NCBI GenBank assembly: GCA_038087875.1
Contig: CM075988.1
Span: forward strand, 8,248,001 to 8,312,000
Length of the DNA stretch: 64,000 nt
Origin: Malacoraja senta
Lineage: Eukaryota
Reading direction: 5' to 3'
In this document: positions 49,880-62,516 of the stretch, in pieces
Position numbering within the stretch: position 1 is the stretch's first letter
Layout of the letters: every line of letters starts with the position of its first letter
Translations under genes and position numbers: made by a program
Notes under the pieces: model-generated
The model's database searches: none
What the model was told of the DNA's origin: nothing
What the model saw: only the letters and a program-made list of their open reading frames with translations

Positions 49880-51815
49880 CTCACTGAAAGTAACACGGTG
49901 CTGTGATAGAATAGAATAGAATAGAAACTTTATTTGCCACACGACCAGGGTTGGTGGTAATTGGGTTCGGTACATGATGGTACACTGGTTTATATTGATA
50001 TAAGAATCTCACAGAATGTGCTAATATGACAGGTACAGGTTGTAATAAAGTAATGTCACTGAACGCAATGATAATAATCACATGGAATGTGACACAACGC
50101 TGTTATGAAAGTCAAAGAATGTGATACCGTTGCAATATAACAATGTCACAAAATGTGATTTAGTAACAGCCACATCATGTGAGATAACATTATTATTGAG
50201 CGTGATACAACATATGAAACAGCACCATGATAGACCCATCAGCGAAAGTAATATAATCATTGATGAGGTAACATGCACAGAATGTGACACAGGAATTAGT
50301 GATTAACAACGAGGATGTGTACAGTGCAGTGACACAGCAAGGTCATAGAATGTAAAGCAGCATTGTAAACAGTACAAACAACATCAGTGACACTGTATAT
50401 GCCAGGGCCACAGAGCAATAATCCAATATCACAGAATTGGCACTGTGCAGTGTTGTATAAGGTCACAGAATATTATCCAAAGCCCAGCAACATGATAAAG
50501 TCAGAAAATGTAATGCAATGCGATGGTGTAATTATGTCAGGGAAAATAACACAAATGTGGCACAGTGCAATGATGGTAATCATGCATTGTCTTTCTGCTG
50601 ACTGGACAGCATGCAACAAAAGCTTTTCACCGTACCTCGGTACACGTGACAATAAACTAAACTGAACTGAACTGAAATAACAAGGTCACAGAATATGGCA
50701 TCTGTGGTGTTGTACAAAGATTTCACATAATGTGATAAGACAATCAGTGGTAGAAAATAATGCCACTGATTGTGAAACAGTGGCACAGATTGTGAAACAG
50801 TGCCTTTACTGTGAAGGGAACGAGTGTCAAAATGTGGGGGTCTCTTGTTACAAGCATTGAGGCCATTTGATTGACAGCCTCTCCACATTCCTCCACACTG
50901 ATTCTCCCCCCTATCACCAGTGCACCGTGACTACCTACAAAATATGTTGCATTTAATTGGAAACAAAAAAAGTGCACGTGCTGGAGAACTGTACCAAAAC
51001 CAGACAATGCTGGAAATCTTGCATTTACTTGCCTAGGTTGTCACCAGAGGATCTTCCAAACCCACGAACTCCAACAAGAAGGGCAGCAAGCACATGGGAA
51101 CATCACCACATGGTTCCCATCCAAGACATAAATCAGTAGGACTTGCGAATAACGTACTTAATTTAGTTTACTTTAGAGATACAGTGCGGAAACTGGCCCA
51201 TAGGCCCACCCAGTCCGCTGCCGACCAGCGATCATCCCGTACACTAGCACTATTCTACACATTAGGGAAAATTTCCAATAAACCTATAAACCTGCACTTC
51301 TTTGGAATGTGGGAGAAAACTGGAGCACCCAGAGAAAACCCACAGGGTCACGTGGAGAATGTACAAACTCAGTACACACAGCACCCACAGTCAGCAACGA
51401 ATCCAGGTACCTGGAGCTACAGCTGCGCCACCATGCCGCATTTAGTTTTAAATTCTGGAATTTCCTCCCTGAGAGTTGTGTGAGAATATCTCAGCAGAAG
51501 AACTGCAGTGCTTCCTGAAAGTGGCTCACCATCACCAAGGTCATTGATTTGTTTGATAACAATGCAAGGCATATGATACAGTGATATAAGAACCTGACAG
51601 AATGTGATACAGAGACGCAAAATAAAAAGGGTTTCTAATGCAATATAGTATGAGGATTCAATAATCTCACAGAATGTGATATGGTGCTGTGATATAATAA
51701 TGTTACAGAATGTGATCTGCATTGGGATGTAACAGTGTCACATAATGTAATACAGTGCACTCATACAACCGTAGCGCACAATACAGTATTTGTTCACGTG
51801 ACAATGTCACAGAAC
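49880..51815. repeat. Degenerate minisatellite with a TCACAGAATGTGA core (main blocks 49880-50810 and 51540-51815)
   Basis: Recurring cacagaatgtg/tcacagaat/aatgtgat units about every 30-40 nt, interrupted by SINE/LINE pieces. Confidence 0.6.
49906..49987 (-). mobile_element. Very short 3'-terminal copy of the same Rex1-type LINE
   Basis: 49921-49987 is identical to 45157-45223 (67 nt); tail (TCTAT)n. Confidence 0.85.
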
Positions 51816-52475
51816 ATCATAGAGTCATACACATATACAGCATGGAAACAGGACTTCGGCCCATCTTGTCCACACTGACCAAGATGACATATCAGGCTAG
51901 TCCCATTTGCCTGCATTTTGCCCAAATCCTAAACCATGTCCATATATTAATCCCAATGTTGAAAGAAAAGGTCCCACCAAGGTTTTTATTATAAAAAGAG
52001 AAATTCACCTTCTTACATCTCATGTACCTACTGATGAGTGAATTAATAACAAGAAGTTACAGATTTTTCATAGTTGGATAAGTATTGTGATAAATGAAGA
52101 TGTTTTTTTTGCACGACTCTTTAGCTTTGGAATACAACCTGATATGATGCTTATACTAGATTCAACTGTACCAATGGAAAGGCAAGCACAAGATGGCGAC
52201 GGAGTGTAGCAATTCTGCGCGCCAGTCCCAGTCCCATTATAATTGTTTCACTCTTTTAAATCTTTATTTACCATTTATCCCTTGGCTTGATTGCATTCAT
52301 GTATAGTCTTTTATTTGGCTGGAAAGCACGCAAACGAAAGCTTTTCACTGTACCTCGGTGCACATGACATTTATAAAGTAAACTAAAGTGAGTGGGTTGC
52401 AACAAGGTGGGAACAGGAGGGTGGGAGGAGAAGCAGTTTTGTGGTATTTTATCTTTCTTTAACGTTCCCAATGTT

Positions 52476-52803
52476 CCCAATGTTGGGCGAGTCCAGAACC
52501 AGGGGCCACAGTCTTAGAATAAAGGGGAGGCCATTTAAGACTGAGGTGAGAAAAAACTTTTCCACCCAGAGAGTGGTGAATTTGTGGAATTCTCTGCCAC
52601 AGAGGGCAGTGGAGGCCAAAACACTGGATGGATTTAAGAGAGAGTTAGATAGAGCTCTAGGGGCTAGTTGAATCAAGGGATATGGGGAGAAGGCAGGCAC
52701 GGGTTATTGATTGGGGACGATCAGCCATGATCACAATGAATGGTGGTGCTGACTCGAAGGGTCGAATGGCCTCCTCCTGCACCTATTTTCTATGTTTCTA
52801 TGT
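52476..52803 (+). mobile_element. CR1-type LINE 3' fragment
   Basis: MFPMLGESRTRGHSLRIKGRPFKTEVRKNFSTQRVVNLWNSLP; tail (tttctatg)n. Confidence 0.85.
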
Positions 52804-54535
52804 TTAACTGCATTAATCTGCACTGCTCTTCCCACAGTGGACAGTGTGGATAGGGGTGAAGTCAATTAAAACACAGTGCAGAAATTACAACAACAAATTG
52901 CATTTATACTGTAACTAATATAGAAAAGGTATCAATTAGACTTCACAGATACTTGCAGTATCACAAATGGTCAAGCCAAGATAAGAGTACCCAATGCTGT
53001 TGTGAAGTTTGGTCTTAATAATGAGAGGATGGGAAAGAATTCTGCGGAATAAATCTCTTCAAATCCTCACAACAGAATAAGTGGAATCCAAGAGGTGTAC
53101 CTTGCCATGATGTGGAATTCATCTTACCACTTTCACTGGATATCAGGATGGCATGATGGTGACACAAAGAACTGCAGATGCTTTGAGCATAGTACCAGAG
53201 TATTTTTGTGAAGGGAATGGACAGGCGACATTTGGTGTCGGGACCCTTCTTCTGGTCGTCCTGCTGCCTCTCTGTTCCAGTGACCTAGTTCAATCCTGAC
53301 CTCTGGTGCCGTCTGTAAAGCCTTTGTGGTCTGCTTAGCTGCTCAGGTTTCCTCCCACATCCCAAAGACAGCACTGGTTGGTTAATTGCAGGAAACAAAT
53401 TATACCTAGCATTTTCAAGTGGTAAAAATAATCAAATGGGAGTGGATGGAGATGTGAGAGAGAATAAGTTAACGGGAAGTGGAGGAGGAGTGGACCTGGA
53501 CACATTAATTGAAAGATTTAGTTTAGCAATACAGCATGGAAAGAGGACCCTCAGCCCCACCAAGTCCGCGCTAACCTTCGATCGCCCATCAAAACTCGTT
53601 CGATGTTATCCAACTGCCAAAACATAAGGGGCAATTTCATTGCAGCCAATTAACCTCCAAAATGATACGTCTTTGGGATGTGGAAGGATACTGAAGCACT
53701 CGGAGGAAACCCACGTGATCACAGGGAGAACGTGCAAACTTCACACAAACAGCACCCGAGGATCAAACCCGGGCCTGCGGTGAGGCAGCTGCTCTACCAG
53801 CTACGCCACTTTAACACCCTCACAATTTGCTGTTCAGAAGGCCAGCATGCGAGTAACTGCTGCAATGGTGTCATTCTATCAAATTAAATCTGGCAGAATA
53901 GAATAGAACCTGCACTTTTTAGGTCAGTCACTGATGTAGCTATTGGGAAAACACTATGGCAATGACACAAAAGCCTCTTGTTTCTAACAGGATAAAGGTT
54001 GTCAGAATTCTGACACTTCACTGTGCATTGAATGTTGTCAGTCAAGACCATTGTTGTTAGGAATAAGTATCCTGTCTGCCTCGCATCCTTTCCCAGGATT
54101 ACAATTAGCCTCTCATAAAAATTTCATGTGGTGTTCTGTCCATTTTCCACTGCTCTGTTACTGTGGGTAACAATTTCCATTGGTCATTCCATGGATCACT
54201 AACCGGCACTTCTCATTTCTGGTGTCCAATGGTGTATACATGGTTCAAGGCTCCCACATTCAAGTCCTTACTCAATGCTGTGGGGCATAAAATGTCTAGT
54301 AAAAGCCAAAAGATGTGGGCACTTTGGCTAAGAACAGCAAGAAAATCCACCAGGGCTCACGGTGCATAGATCCCAACAAGTACCACCTGTTGTACTGAGG
54401 GAATGTGCATTACAGAGTCATACATAGCCACAAAGTGCTGGAGTAATTCAGCGGGTCAGGCAGCATCTCTGGAGAATAAGGATGGGTGATGTTTCGGATC
54501 GGGACCCTTCTTCAGAGTTGCACAGTCACTCTTAG

Positions 54536-54850
54536 GGCGGCACAGTAGCTCAGCTGGTAGAGCTGCTGTCTCATAGCGCCTGAGACCCTGGTTCGATCCT
54601 GATCTCGGGTGCTGGCTGCGTGGAGTTTGCACGTTCTCCCTGTGGGTTTCCTCTGGGTGCTCCGGTTTCCTCCTATATCCCAAAGACGTGTGGGTTTGTA
54701 GGTTAATGGGTTTCTGTAAAATTGCCCCTGATGTGTAGAGAGTGTATGCGAAGGTGGAATAACATGGAGCTAGTGTGAAAGGGTGGTCGAAGTTGGACTC
54801 GATGGGCCAAAGGGCCTTTTCCCACACGGTATCTCTAAACTATAGTAAAC
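54536..54850 (+). mobile_element. V-SINE (HE1-like)
   Basis: gggcggcacagtagctcagctggtagagc (A box), ggttcgatcc (B box), V domain. Confidence 0.8.
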
Positions 54851-55211
54851 CAATCTGTACCACTGCGGTATAATGGAATTCCCTCTGCTCTAAAATGTCA
54901 TTCAGTTGATGTAAGACACTCAATTTATGAACGCAACGCACTTCAACATCTCTTAAAATAAGCATAGCCTTGAAATTTATATCACTGCATCAACAATGGC
55001 TTAGTGGGAGGATTCTTACCTCAGATTCAAAAGTTTTGTGGGTTTACACACCACTCCACTAACGTGAATGCATGTTCAGGCTGACATTTCAGTGCTGATA
55101 TGAGGACGCAGGCTGCCTTGCAGATGAGATTATTGGCCTTTGTCTTGGGGATATACATGTCCTCTCGTGTTCAATGGAATGGCAGAGTGCCCTGGCCCAT
55201 AGTATACATGT

Positions 55212-55547
55212 TCATAAGTTGTAGGAGCAGAATTAGGCCATTCGGCTCATCAAGTCAACTCCAATCATGGCTGATCTATCTTTTCCTGTCTCAACCCCAT
55301 TCTCCTGCCTTCTCCCCACAACCCCGACACTTATCAAGAATCCGTCAATCTCCACCTTCAAAATATACATTGACTTGGCTTCCACAGCCGTCTGTGGCAA
55401 AGAATTCCACAGATTCACCACCCCCTGATTTAAGAAAATCCTCCTCATCTCCTTTATAAAGGGACATCCTTTTATTCTGAGGCTATGGCCTCTGGTCTTA
55501 GACTCTGCCACTAGTGGAAACATTCTCTCCGCATCCACTCTATCCTT
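55212..55547 (-). mobile_element. CR1-type LINE 3' fragment
   Basis: DRVDAERMFPLVAESKTRGHSLRIKG...VVNLWNSLPQ. Confidence 0.8.
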
Positions 55548-55911
55548 CACAAATATCACTGAACCATCCATGACTATTTGGGAATTATTGTCATGAGGTC
55601 TAAGCCATAATGCAAGATGTAAGAAGATGGATTTCTTTTTAAAAAAATACAAAGGCTGACAGGAACTTTTCCTTCAAATGGAAATGTATTATCTGACATT
55701 GTAATGTGACCAGACGCTGTGTTGTGCACTGCGACAAGGTTGTGTGACAGCACTGTATAACATTCTGTGACACTGTTACATCCCAATGCAGATCACATGC
55801 TATAGCATTATATCACAGAACCATGTCACGTTCTGTGAGACTATTGAATCTTCATGCTATATTGCATTAAGAAACCATATGTTCCACATTTTTATTCCAT
55901 TCACACTATTA

Positions 55912-56230
55912 GTTTAGTTTAGTTTAGTGATACAGCACGGAAACAGGCCCTTCAGCCCACTGAGTCCATGCTGACCAGTGATCCCTGCACATTAACACTA
56001 TCCTACACACACACACTAGGGGCAATTTACATTTTTATACCAAGGCAATTAACCTACAAACCTGCACTTTGGAGTGAGGGAAGAAAGCAAAGATCTCGGA
56101 GAAAATTCCTCGCAGGTCAAGGGGAGAATGTACAAACATAAATGTACGGGTACAAAAGCACCCGTAGTCAGGATTGAACCCGGGTTTCTGGCGCTGTAAG
56201 GCAGCAACTCTATCGCTGCGTCACCATGCT
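55912..56230 (-). mobile_element. V-SINE (HE1-like)
   Basis: Reverse-complement consensus with (tttag)n tail. Confidence 0.8.
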
Positions 56231-57237
56231 GGCCAAGCTGTAAAGTCTTCAAGACTAGTGTAGATGAGGCATCTTGGTTGGCATGGGCAAGTTGGACCGA
56301 AGGGCCTATTTCCATGCTGTGTGACTCTATGACTATACCTAAAGGCCATGTTGTAACATCTCAGATTTTTCCTCTACATAGGTTACCGATACATGTTTGG
56401 ATTATGTTTCCCTCCAAACATTTTCCCATGCTCAGGGAGTGTAACTTCCTGTGTTTGGCCTACTGAATCATTAGTGAGTTAAACTGCAGGGAAAGCAGTT
56501 TGCTCCATGCAAGATTAGCATCGCTTTTTACACTTGAAAATTCATTCCAGGCCGGAGTCTAGGAAGAATCCAGTGTAAGCCACAACAGCAGTGCTCTCTC
56601 TCTCTCTCTCTCTTCCCAAGCACTCTATTGAAGGTAAAGCAACTGTTGAACTACAGAGGCTGAACAGTGACCTCAGCTAATTAAACTGAGAGTTAACATA
56701 GTGGGAGGCCTGAAAATCAAATCCCACGCAGATATTTCTAATCCACTATACGTCAAACACAGTTGTTCTGCACTGACCCGACCCCTGTTAATCTGTCCCT
56801 CTATGATACCCACCAACATTTTACCAGCAACAAATGTACTTGGCAGTTTCTTCTCCCCTTGACAGAGTGACAAATATAATTTATTGTGTGAAATACTTTC
56901 AGGCATTTCGATGTGATAAGACACAAAATACAGAGCATGTATGTTATTATTATCTGATTTTGTTTGACCGAATACCCTCTAAGAGAATCATTTCTTTCCC
57001 GTCGTGATTTCTTCCGGCGATAATCTGATCTACATTCAACAGTGAATCAAGATTTCTGCTTGAGTGACAGATGGACCGTCACACTAGACACCAGAATTTA
57101 TAGGCAACAAGGTGTCAAATGAAAAGTCTTAATGCCATGTTTTGATGGGACAGTAATTTGGTTTATCCGTGACATGCCGACTTAACTAATGAAACGTAAC
57201 TGCAACTCGGATCTCCTGCAATATTAGCTTGTAGGTA

Positions 57238-57400
57238 GATACTGCAGATGCTGGTTTACACCGAAGATAGACACAAAATACTGGAGTAACTCAGCGGGAC
57301 TGGCAGCATCTCTGCAGAGAAGGAATGGGCGACGTTTCGGAACACGGGTCTCGACCAGAAACGTCACCCATTCCTTCTCTCCAGAGATGCTGCCTGTCCC
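57238..57400. mobile_element. Inverted pair of Penelope-derived repeats
   Basis: agaaggaatgggcgacgtttc ... gaaacgtcacccattccttctct. Confidence 0.7.
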
Positions 57401-57768
57401 ACAATATTACTGAAAAGTTTTCAAAGAGTAAGAGACTGCATATTCTGGAAATGTGAATAAAAAGCAGCGAATATTGTAAATATTCAATCGGTCAGGAAGC
57501 ATCTGCAGGGCGAAAATTCAAGGTTTTTTTTCATGTTGTGGACCTTTAGTCTGAAATATTGGTCAGAATTATTTAAAGTGGTGTTTGTCATGCTTCGGAA
57601 AATATTTCTGTGATGAGTTTTTAATTTACTCCAAATCTCAACAGAAAAAAAACCTACATGGATAATTTAGGGATTCAAACATGCCTGTAACCAGTTGGCA
57701 TTTTAATAGGAGTAACTAATGATATATTCTTACATTCTTATGGAGATATTCACAACCACAAGACACAA

Positions 57769-58084
57769 GGTGGCATGGTGGCACAGTGATAGAGTTGCTG
57801 CCTCACAGCGCCATAGACCCGGGTTCGACCCTGACTATGGGTGTTTGTCTTTACGGAGTTTGTAGGTTCTCCCCGTGACCTGCGTGGGTTTTCCCCGGGA
57901 TCTCCGGTTTCCTCCCACACTCCAAAGAGGTACAGGTTTGTAGGTTAATTGGCTTGGTAAAATTGTAAATTGTCCCTAGTGTGTGCAGGATAGTGTTAAC
58001 GTGCGGGGATCGCTACTCAGCATGGACTCGGTGGGCCGAAGGGCCTGTTTCTGCACTGTATCTCTAAACTAAACTAGACTAAAC
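57769..58084 (+). mobile_element. V-SINE (HE1-like)
   Basis: Full head, V domain and tail. Confidence 0.82.
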
Positions 58085-58582
58085 ATCCCAAAACAGTTTA
58101 CAGCCAAAGAAGAACGTTCTTAGGCATAGGGTGCATTCCAGGAAATGACATGACCAAGTTTCAGACAATAAGCCCCCCCCCCCCCCCCCCATAGTAATCA
58201 GATTATCTGTTTGCCTCGTGCTGGTTGAGAGAGACATATGAAGGAGAGCCCAAGGCGGGAGTTCCTTGCTTGTCTTCAAATTCCCGTTGCGTGATCCTCT
58301 ATACTTTCTTGGTACAGCCTTTCTGAAGGAATGTTTCTCCGACAATGTGGAATTCAAAATACTAAACTGATATGTGGGTCTGGATTAGATAATGAAATCA
58401 CTGGAATAATTCCATACCTCGCCAATTGAGAGGCAGCGGGAGCAAGAGCCGAGACTTCCACTCACTCCCTGTTTATTACCTGTCATCAAGACTCTGAGCT
58501 TTGTCTGCGTTTGTCTATCACCTGATAAAAGATCAATCCTAAACAGCGGCGTATGAACACTTTGCTTTGTCGCTGCACTTCA

Positions 58583-58912
58583 GGGAGTGTTGCCGACTGC
58601 CCAAGTCCAGACTGCAGGAGTACGTGCTGAGGGACGCACTGAAGCTCGGTGCAGCCAACGCCAAGGCTTTGCAGGGAGGGACCACAGTCGAGGGTCCTTC
58701 CACTGTGGGAAATTGAGGGGGAAAATTCCAGTGGGGACAACCCTCAAACAAGAGAAGGGGAACACATGACTGGCAAGGGTGTTATGTCTAAAGATAGGTG
58801 TGAGCACCACTGAGCTTGACACAATTGAACGTACAGACACTGAGTTTTTGCAACAATTTTTGTTTAGTTTGTATTCTTATTCTGAATAAAGTTTACTTTA
58901 TGGGAAAAAAAA
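58583..58912 (+). mobile_element. Tx1-like LINE 3' end
   Basis: ECCRLPKSRLQEYVLRDALKLGAANAKA..KTTV-like ORF2 C-terminus recognised from memory; AATAAA then an A-run at 58905-58912. Confidence 0.55.
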
Positions 58913-60660
58913 TCCAAACCAGGGAAGACAGTGAAGGTGCCACCTTTAAGAACTAGAACAACATCAAACCCACCGCTCGACTGACAAATTCCCTCCTGCG
59001 GAGCTGACATCTTGCTGAGCCACATATCATGCCTCTTCTTAAAAGGATATAAACTTGATAAGCCAGCAGGCATGGCTTTCAAATGTAATATCTTTAGCAT
59101 GTTAAGAAGCATTTCATTCACACTGCAAGCTAGCCTCAGGAAGCACAAACTCCAAACGTCAGCTGCAATGCCTTCGACACAGTGACAGGCATTGCGATTA
59201 CAAGTGACTTGTTTACACGGGGCCAATGATGAGTGCTTTTCTTAATGCGTCTGTGCCAGCTTCAGCTAAAGTGATCCGCTCACGGTACCTTCAGCTGCAT
59301 GAAGAACGCTTCAAGTGGTGTCTTATCTCAGTTTCTGCGACCCGCTTACAAAACCAGGGGTGCCACGTTACCACATGCTGAGCTGTTCCTTGGCTGCAGC
59401 TAGAATCATGGAGCATAAAAACAGGCCCTTCAGCCCACGAGTTCATACTGACCAAGAAAATGACCGAGATGGCATCAAAGCCAGGTGACCGCACTGCTGG
59501 TCCCAGAAGTGGATCTACAATCATTTGCTACAATCGTCCCACTTTTAAAAAATCTTTACACTGCGGATGCCCTAATTCTAATCATGTATAGTCTTTCCGC
59601 AAGCAACAAAAAAACATTTTGCTGTACCTTGTGACAATAAACTAATCTAAACTACACTGACCGTCATATCCCCATTTACATTTATCCCATTTCATTCTCC
59701 GCCCACTAAAGAGGCACACACTAAAGAGGAACTAAAGTAACCTAGCAAAACATACATCTTTGGGATGTGGAAGAGAAAACTGGAGCACCTGGAGGAAACG
59801 TGCAAACTCCACACAGGGAAAATGTGCAAGCTCCACACAGACAGCACCTGAGGGCAGGATTGAACCAGGGTTGCTGGGGTTGCGAGGCAGCAGCTCTATC
59901 AGCTGTACCATCGAGAAGCTTATGGAATAAATGCAGCCGGCAAAAGAATGATAAATATGAGTGATGATATCGGCCTCTCTACTGATCTCCCCCGCAGCAA
60001 GCAGCTGGCGGGAGCATTGCTGAGTTGGTGGTGTTGGTAGCTCTGTAGCGAGGGGTTGTAAATTCTGGGGCAGCCAGCCTGAAAACTGCTGATTGTACAG
60101 AGCAAGCTACCAAAACCTAGCGGAATAAAGGCTTGATAATGTGTTCAGCGATGTTTAATCATTGGGTCATACTGCAGAGAAATAGGCCCTTTGACTCATG
60201 CCAACCAAGATGTCTCATCCAAGCTGCCTGTGCCTTGCCTATATCCCTGAAAAACTTTCCAATGCATGTACCAGTTAATGCATCAATATTGACTGGGTCA
60301 TCTACATGGATAGGACAGGTTTGGAGGGATATGGACCAAACGCGGGCAGGTGGGACTAGTGTAGCTGGTACATGTTGGCCGGTGTGGGCAAGTTGGGCCA
60401 AAGGGCCTGTTTCCACACTATATCCCTCTATGACTCTATGACTCTCTTGAACCTCTATTGTCTGCTGGTAAAGGTGCCCCCCACAATAGGTGGGGTTGGG
60501 TGGGGGGCACCTTTACCAGCAGACAAATTCCTGTCTAAGTGGTGTTCCAGGACTTAGACAGTAATAATGGTGAAGGAGCATAAATATATTTCCAGGTGAG
60601 GATGATGTTGTGGAGGAACCTCAACATCTGCTGCCCTTGTTCTTGTTAGTGGTCAAAGCT

Positions 60661-60955
60661 TAGTTTAGTTTAGTTTAGTTTTTTAGTTTAAATACACCAC
60701 TTAGAAACAGACCATTCGGCCCACCAGATGCACACCAACTGGCGATCACCCGTACACCAGTTCTATCCTACATGCTGAGGACAATTTTACAGAAACCAAT
60801 TAACCTACAAACCTACATGTCTTTGGAATGTGATGGAGCACCTGTAAAAAAAAAACACATGGTCAGAAGGAGAATGGGCAAACTCCGTACAGACAGCCCC
60901 CGTGGTCAGGTTTGAACCCAGGTCTCTGGCGCTGTAAGGCTCCAACTCTACCACC
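60661..60955 (-). mobile_element. V-SINE (HE1-like)
   Basis: Reverse-complement consensus with (tttag)n tail. Confidence 0.75.
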
Positions 60956-62516
60956 TCGGTTGAGGTGTAGGTTTGGGAGGTGCCGTCAGAGAAGCCTGAG
61001 CAAGAAGCAACGGTGGACTTTGTAGATGTTACACACTTCAGCTGCACCGTGATAATGATGCAATGAAAGAATGTTTTGGATGATGGATGGGGAGCTAATA
61101 AAGGGGAATGCTTTGTCCTGGATGGTTTTGACCTCCTTGAGTGTTGTTGGAATGCTGATAAATGATCTTTGCTCGCATCCACAGTGCACATGGAACAAAC
61201 CCTGTCGTGACTAATGTCCCTGCAAAAATTCCGCAAACTCCTGGCAACAACATTCCAGCATTTGTTGACATCATGTAAACAGGACAAATCCTTAAATAGA
61301 TAGGCGAGGAAATCTGTCAGTACCTGTCACAAATCACCTTCACCCCACTGAATGGATGACAAAATACTTTCTCAACTGCTCGGTTTAGTTTATATTACAT
61401 CCAGTCTAGAACTAGAATGAAAGGGCAGAGGTTGAAGGTGAGAGGGGAGAAGTTTAAAGGAGATTTGGGGGGCAGGTTTTTCACACAGTGGCTGCATGGA
61501 ATGAGCTGCCAGAGGAGGTGAGAGGCAGATACAATTACAATGTTTAAAAGGGATTTGGATAGATAGATGACATGCAAAACAAAGACTTTCACACATAACA
61601 ATAATACAATAATATCAATACACAGATAACACGTTTCTCTGTAGCTGTAACACAATATTCTCTACAATGTTTATTTCTCTCTTTGCACTACCTGTCGTCG
61701 TTGTGAATGGCTTAATTGTACTGGTGTACAGTATGATTTGACTGGGTAGCACACAGACAAAGATTTTCACTATCTTCACACACACGACGATAATAAACCA
61801 GTGCCAATACGCAGGAACCATGTACATCAATCAATTAGATGCAGGAGTGGGGAAATTATGATGGTGCAGGGGCGGCAGCAACCCAAGTTACAAAGTGACT
61901 GTCACTCTTCAATGGAGCTGGCATTATACAGATGGCTTTCTGCACCCCTTCAGCAAACCTGCTTCCAATGCCTTTGCGTACACCTGCTTTGTGATCACTG
62001 GCATTGATGGTCAAGCTAGCTCCACAGCGCCCTCTCACCACTAACTATAAAACAGCATCCTGTATCTGGAGCAGAGATGAGTGGTGTAACAATGGGATGG
62101 AAGGCCCTTTGTGTTGCTTCCCCTCCCCATTACCTCCTGTCCAATACACATTCCCAACCACTCCAAATCAAACCCAAATATGTGAGCTTTATTTTTCATA
62201 CCTTCACATGTTTTCTTGCAGAATTCAACGCAGTGAGAGGATTCACAGACTGATTAGCAACCTCACTTGCTGGGCTATAACCATCCTTGTACCAGAGAAG
62301 TGGGTGAATATTCAAAGATATGGACACAACAATACAAAAGAATACGGTTTTATTCGTCACATTGCACATAAAGTGCAAGTGAAATGCTTGTGTAATTCGG
62401 TGGGTCAGACAGCATCTCTGGAGAAAAGTGATGTTTCTATTTCCAAACGTCACCCATTCCTTTTTCTCCATTAATGCTGTCTGACCCGCTGAGTTACTCC
62501 AGCTTTTTGTGTCTAA

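Noticed and set aside
54536..54610. tRNA-like sequences with A/B boxes as tRNA genes
   Set aside because: They continue into the V-SINE body and LINE-derived tail, so they are SINE heads
58173..58190. Poly-C/G tracts (also ~38336 and ~49660) as G-quadruplex elements
   Set aside because: Simple homopolymers, partly within TE bodies; no further support
58864..59226. 120-aa minus-strand ORF (MLLNMLKIL...) as the canonical ROBO3 first exon
   Set aside because: No convincing match to the known MLRYLLKTLLQMNLFAD-type N-terminus, and no suitable donor identified
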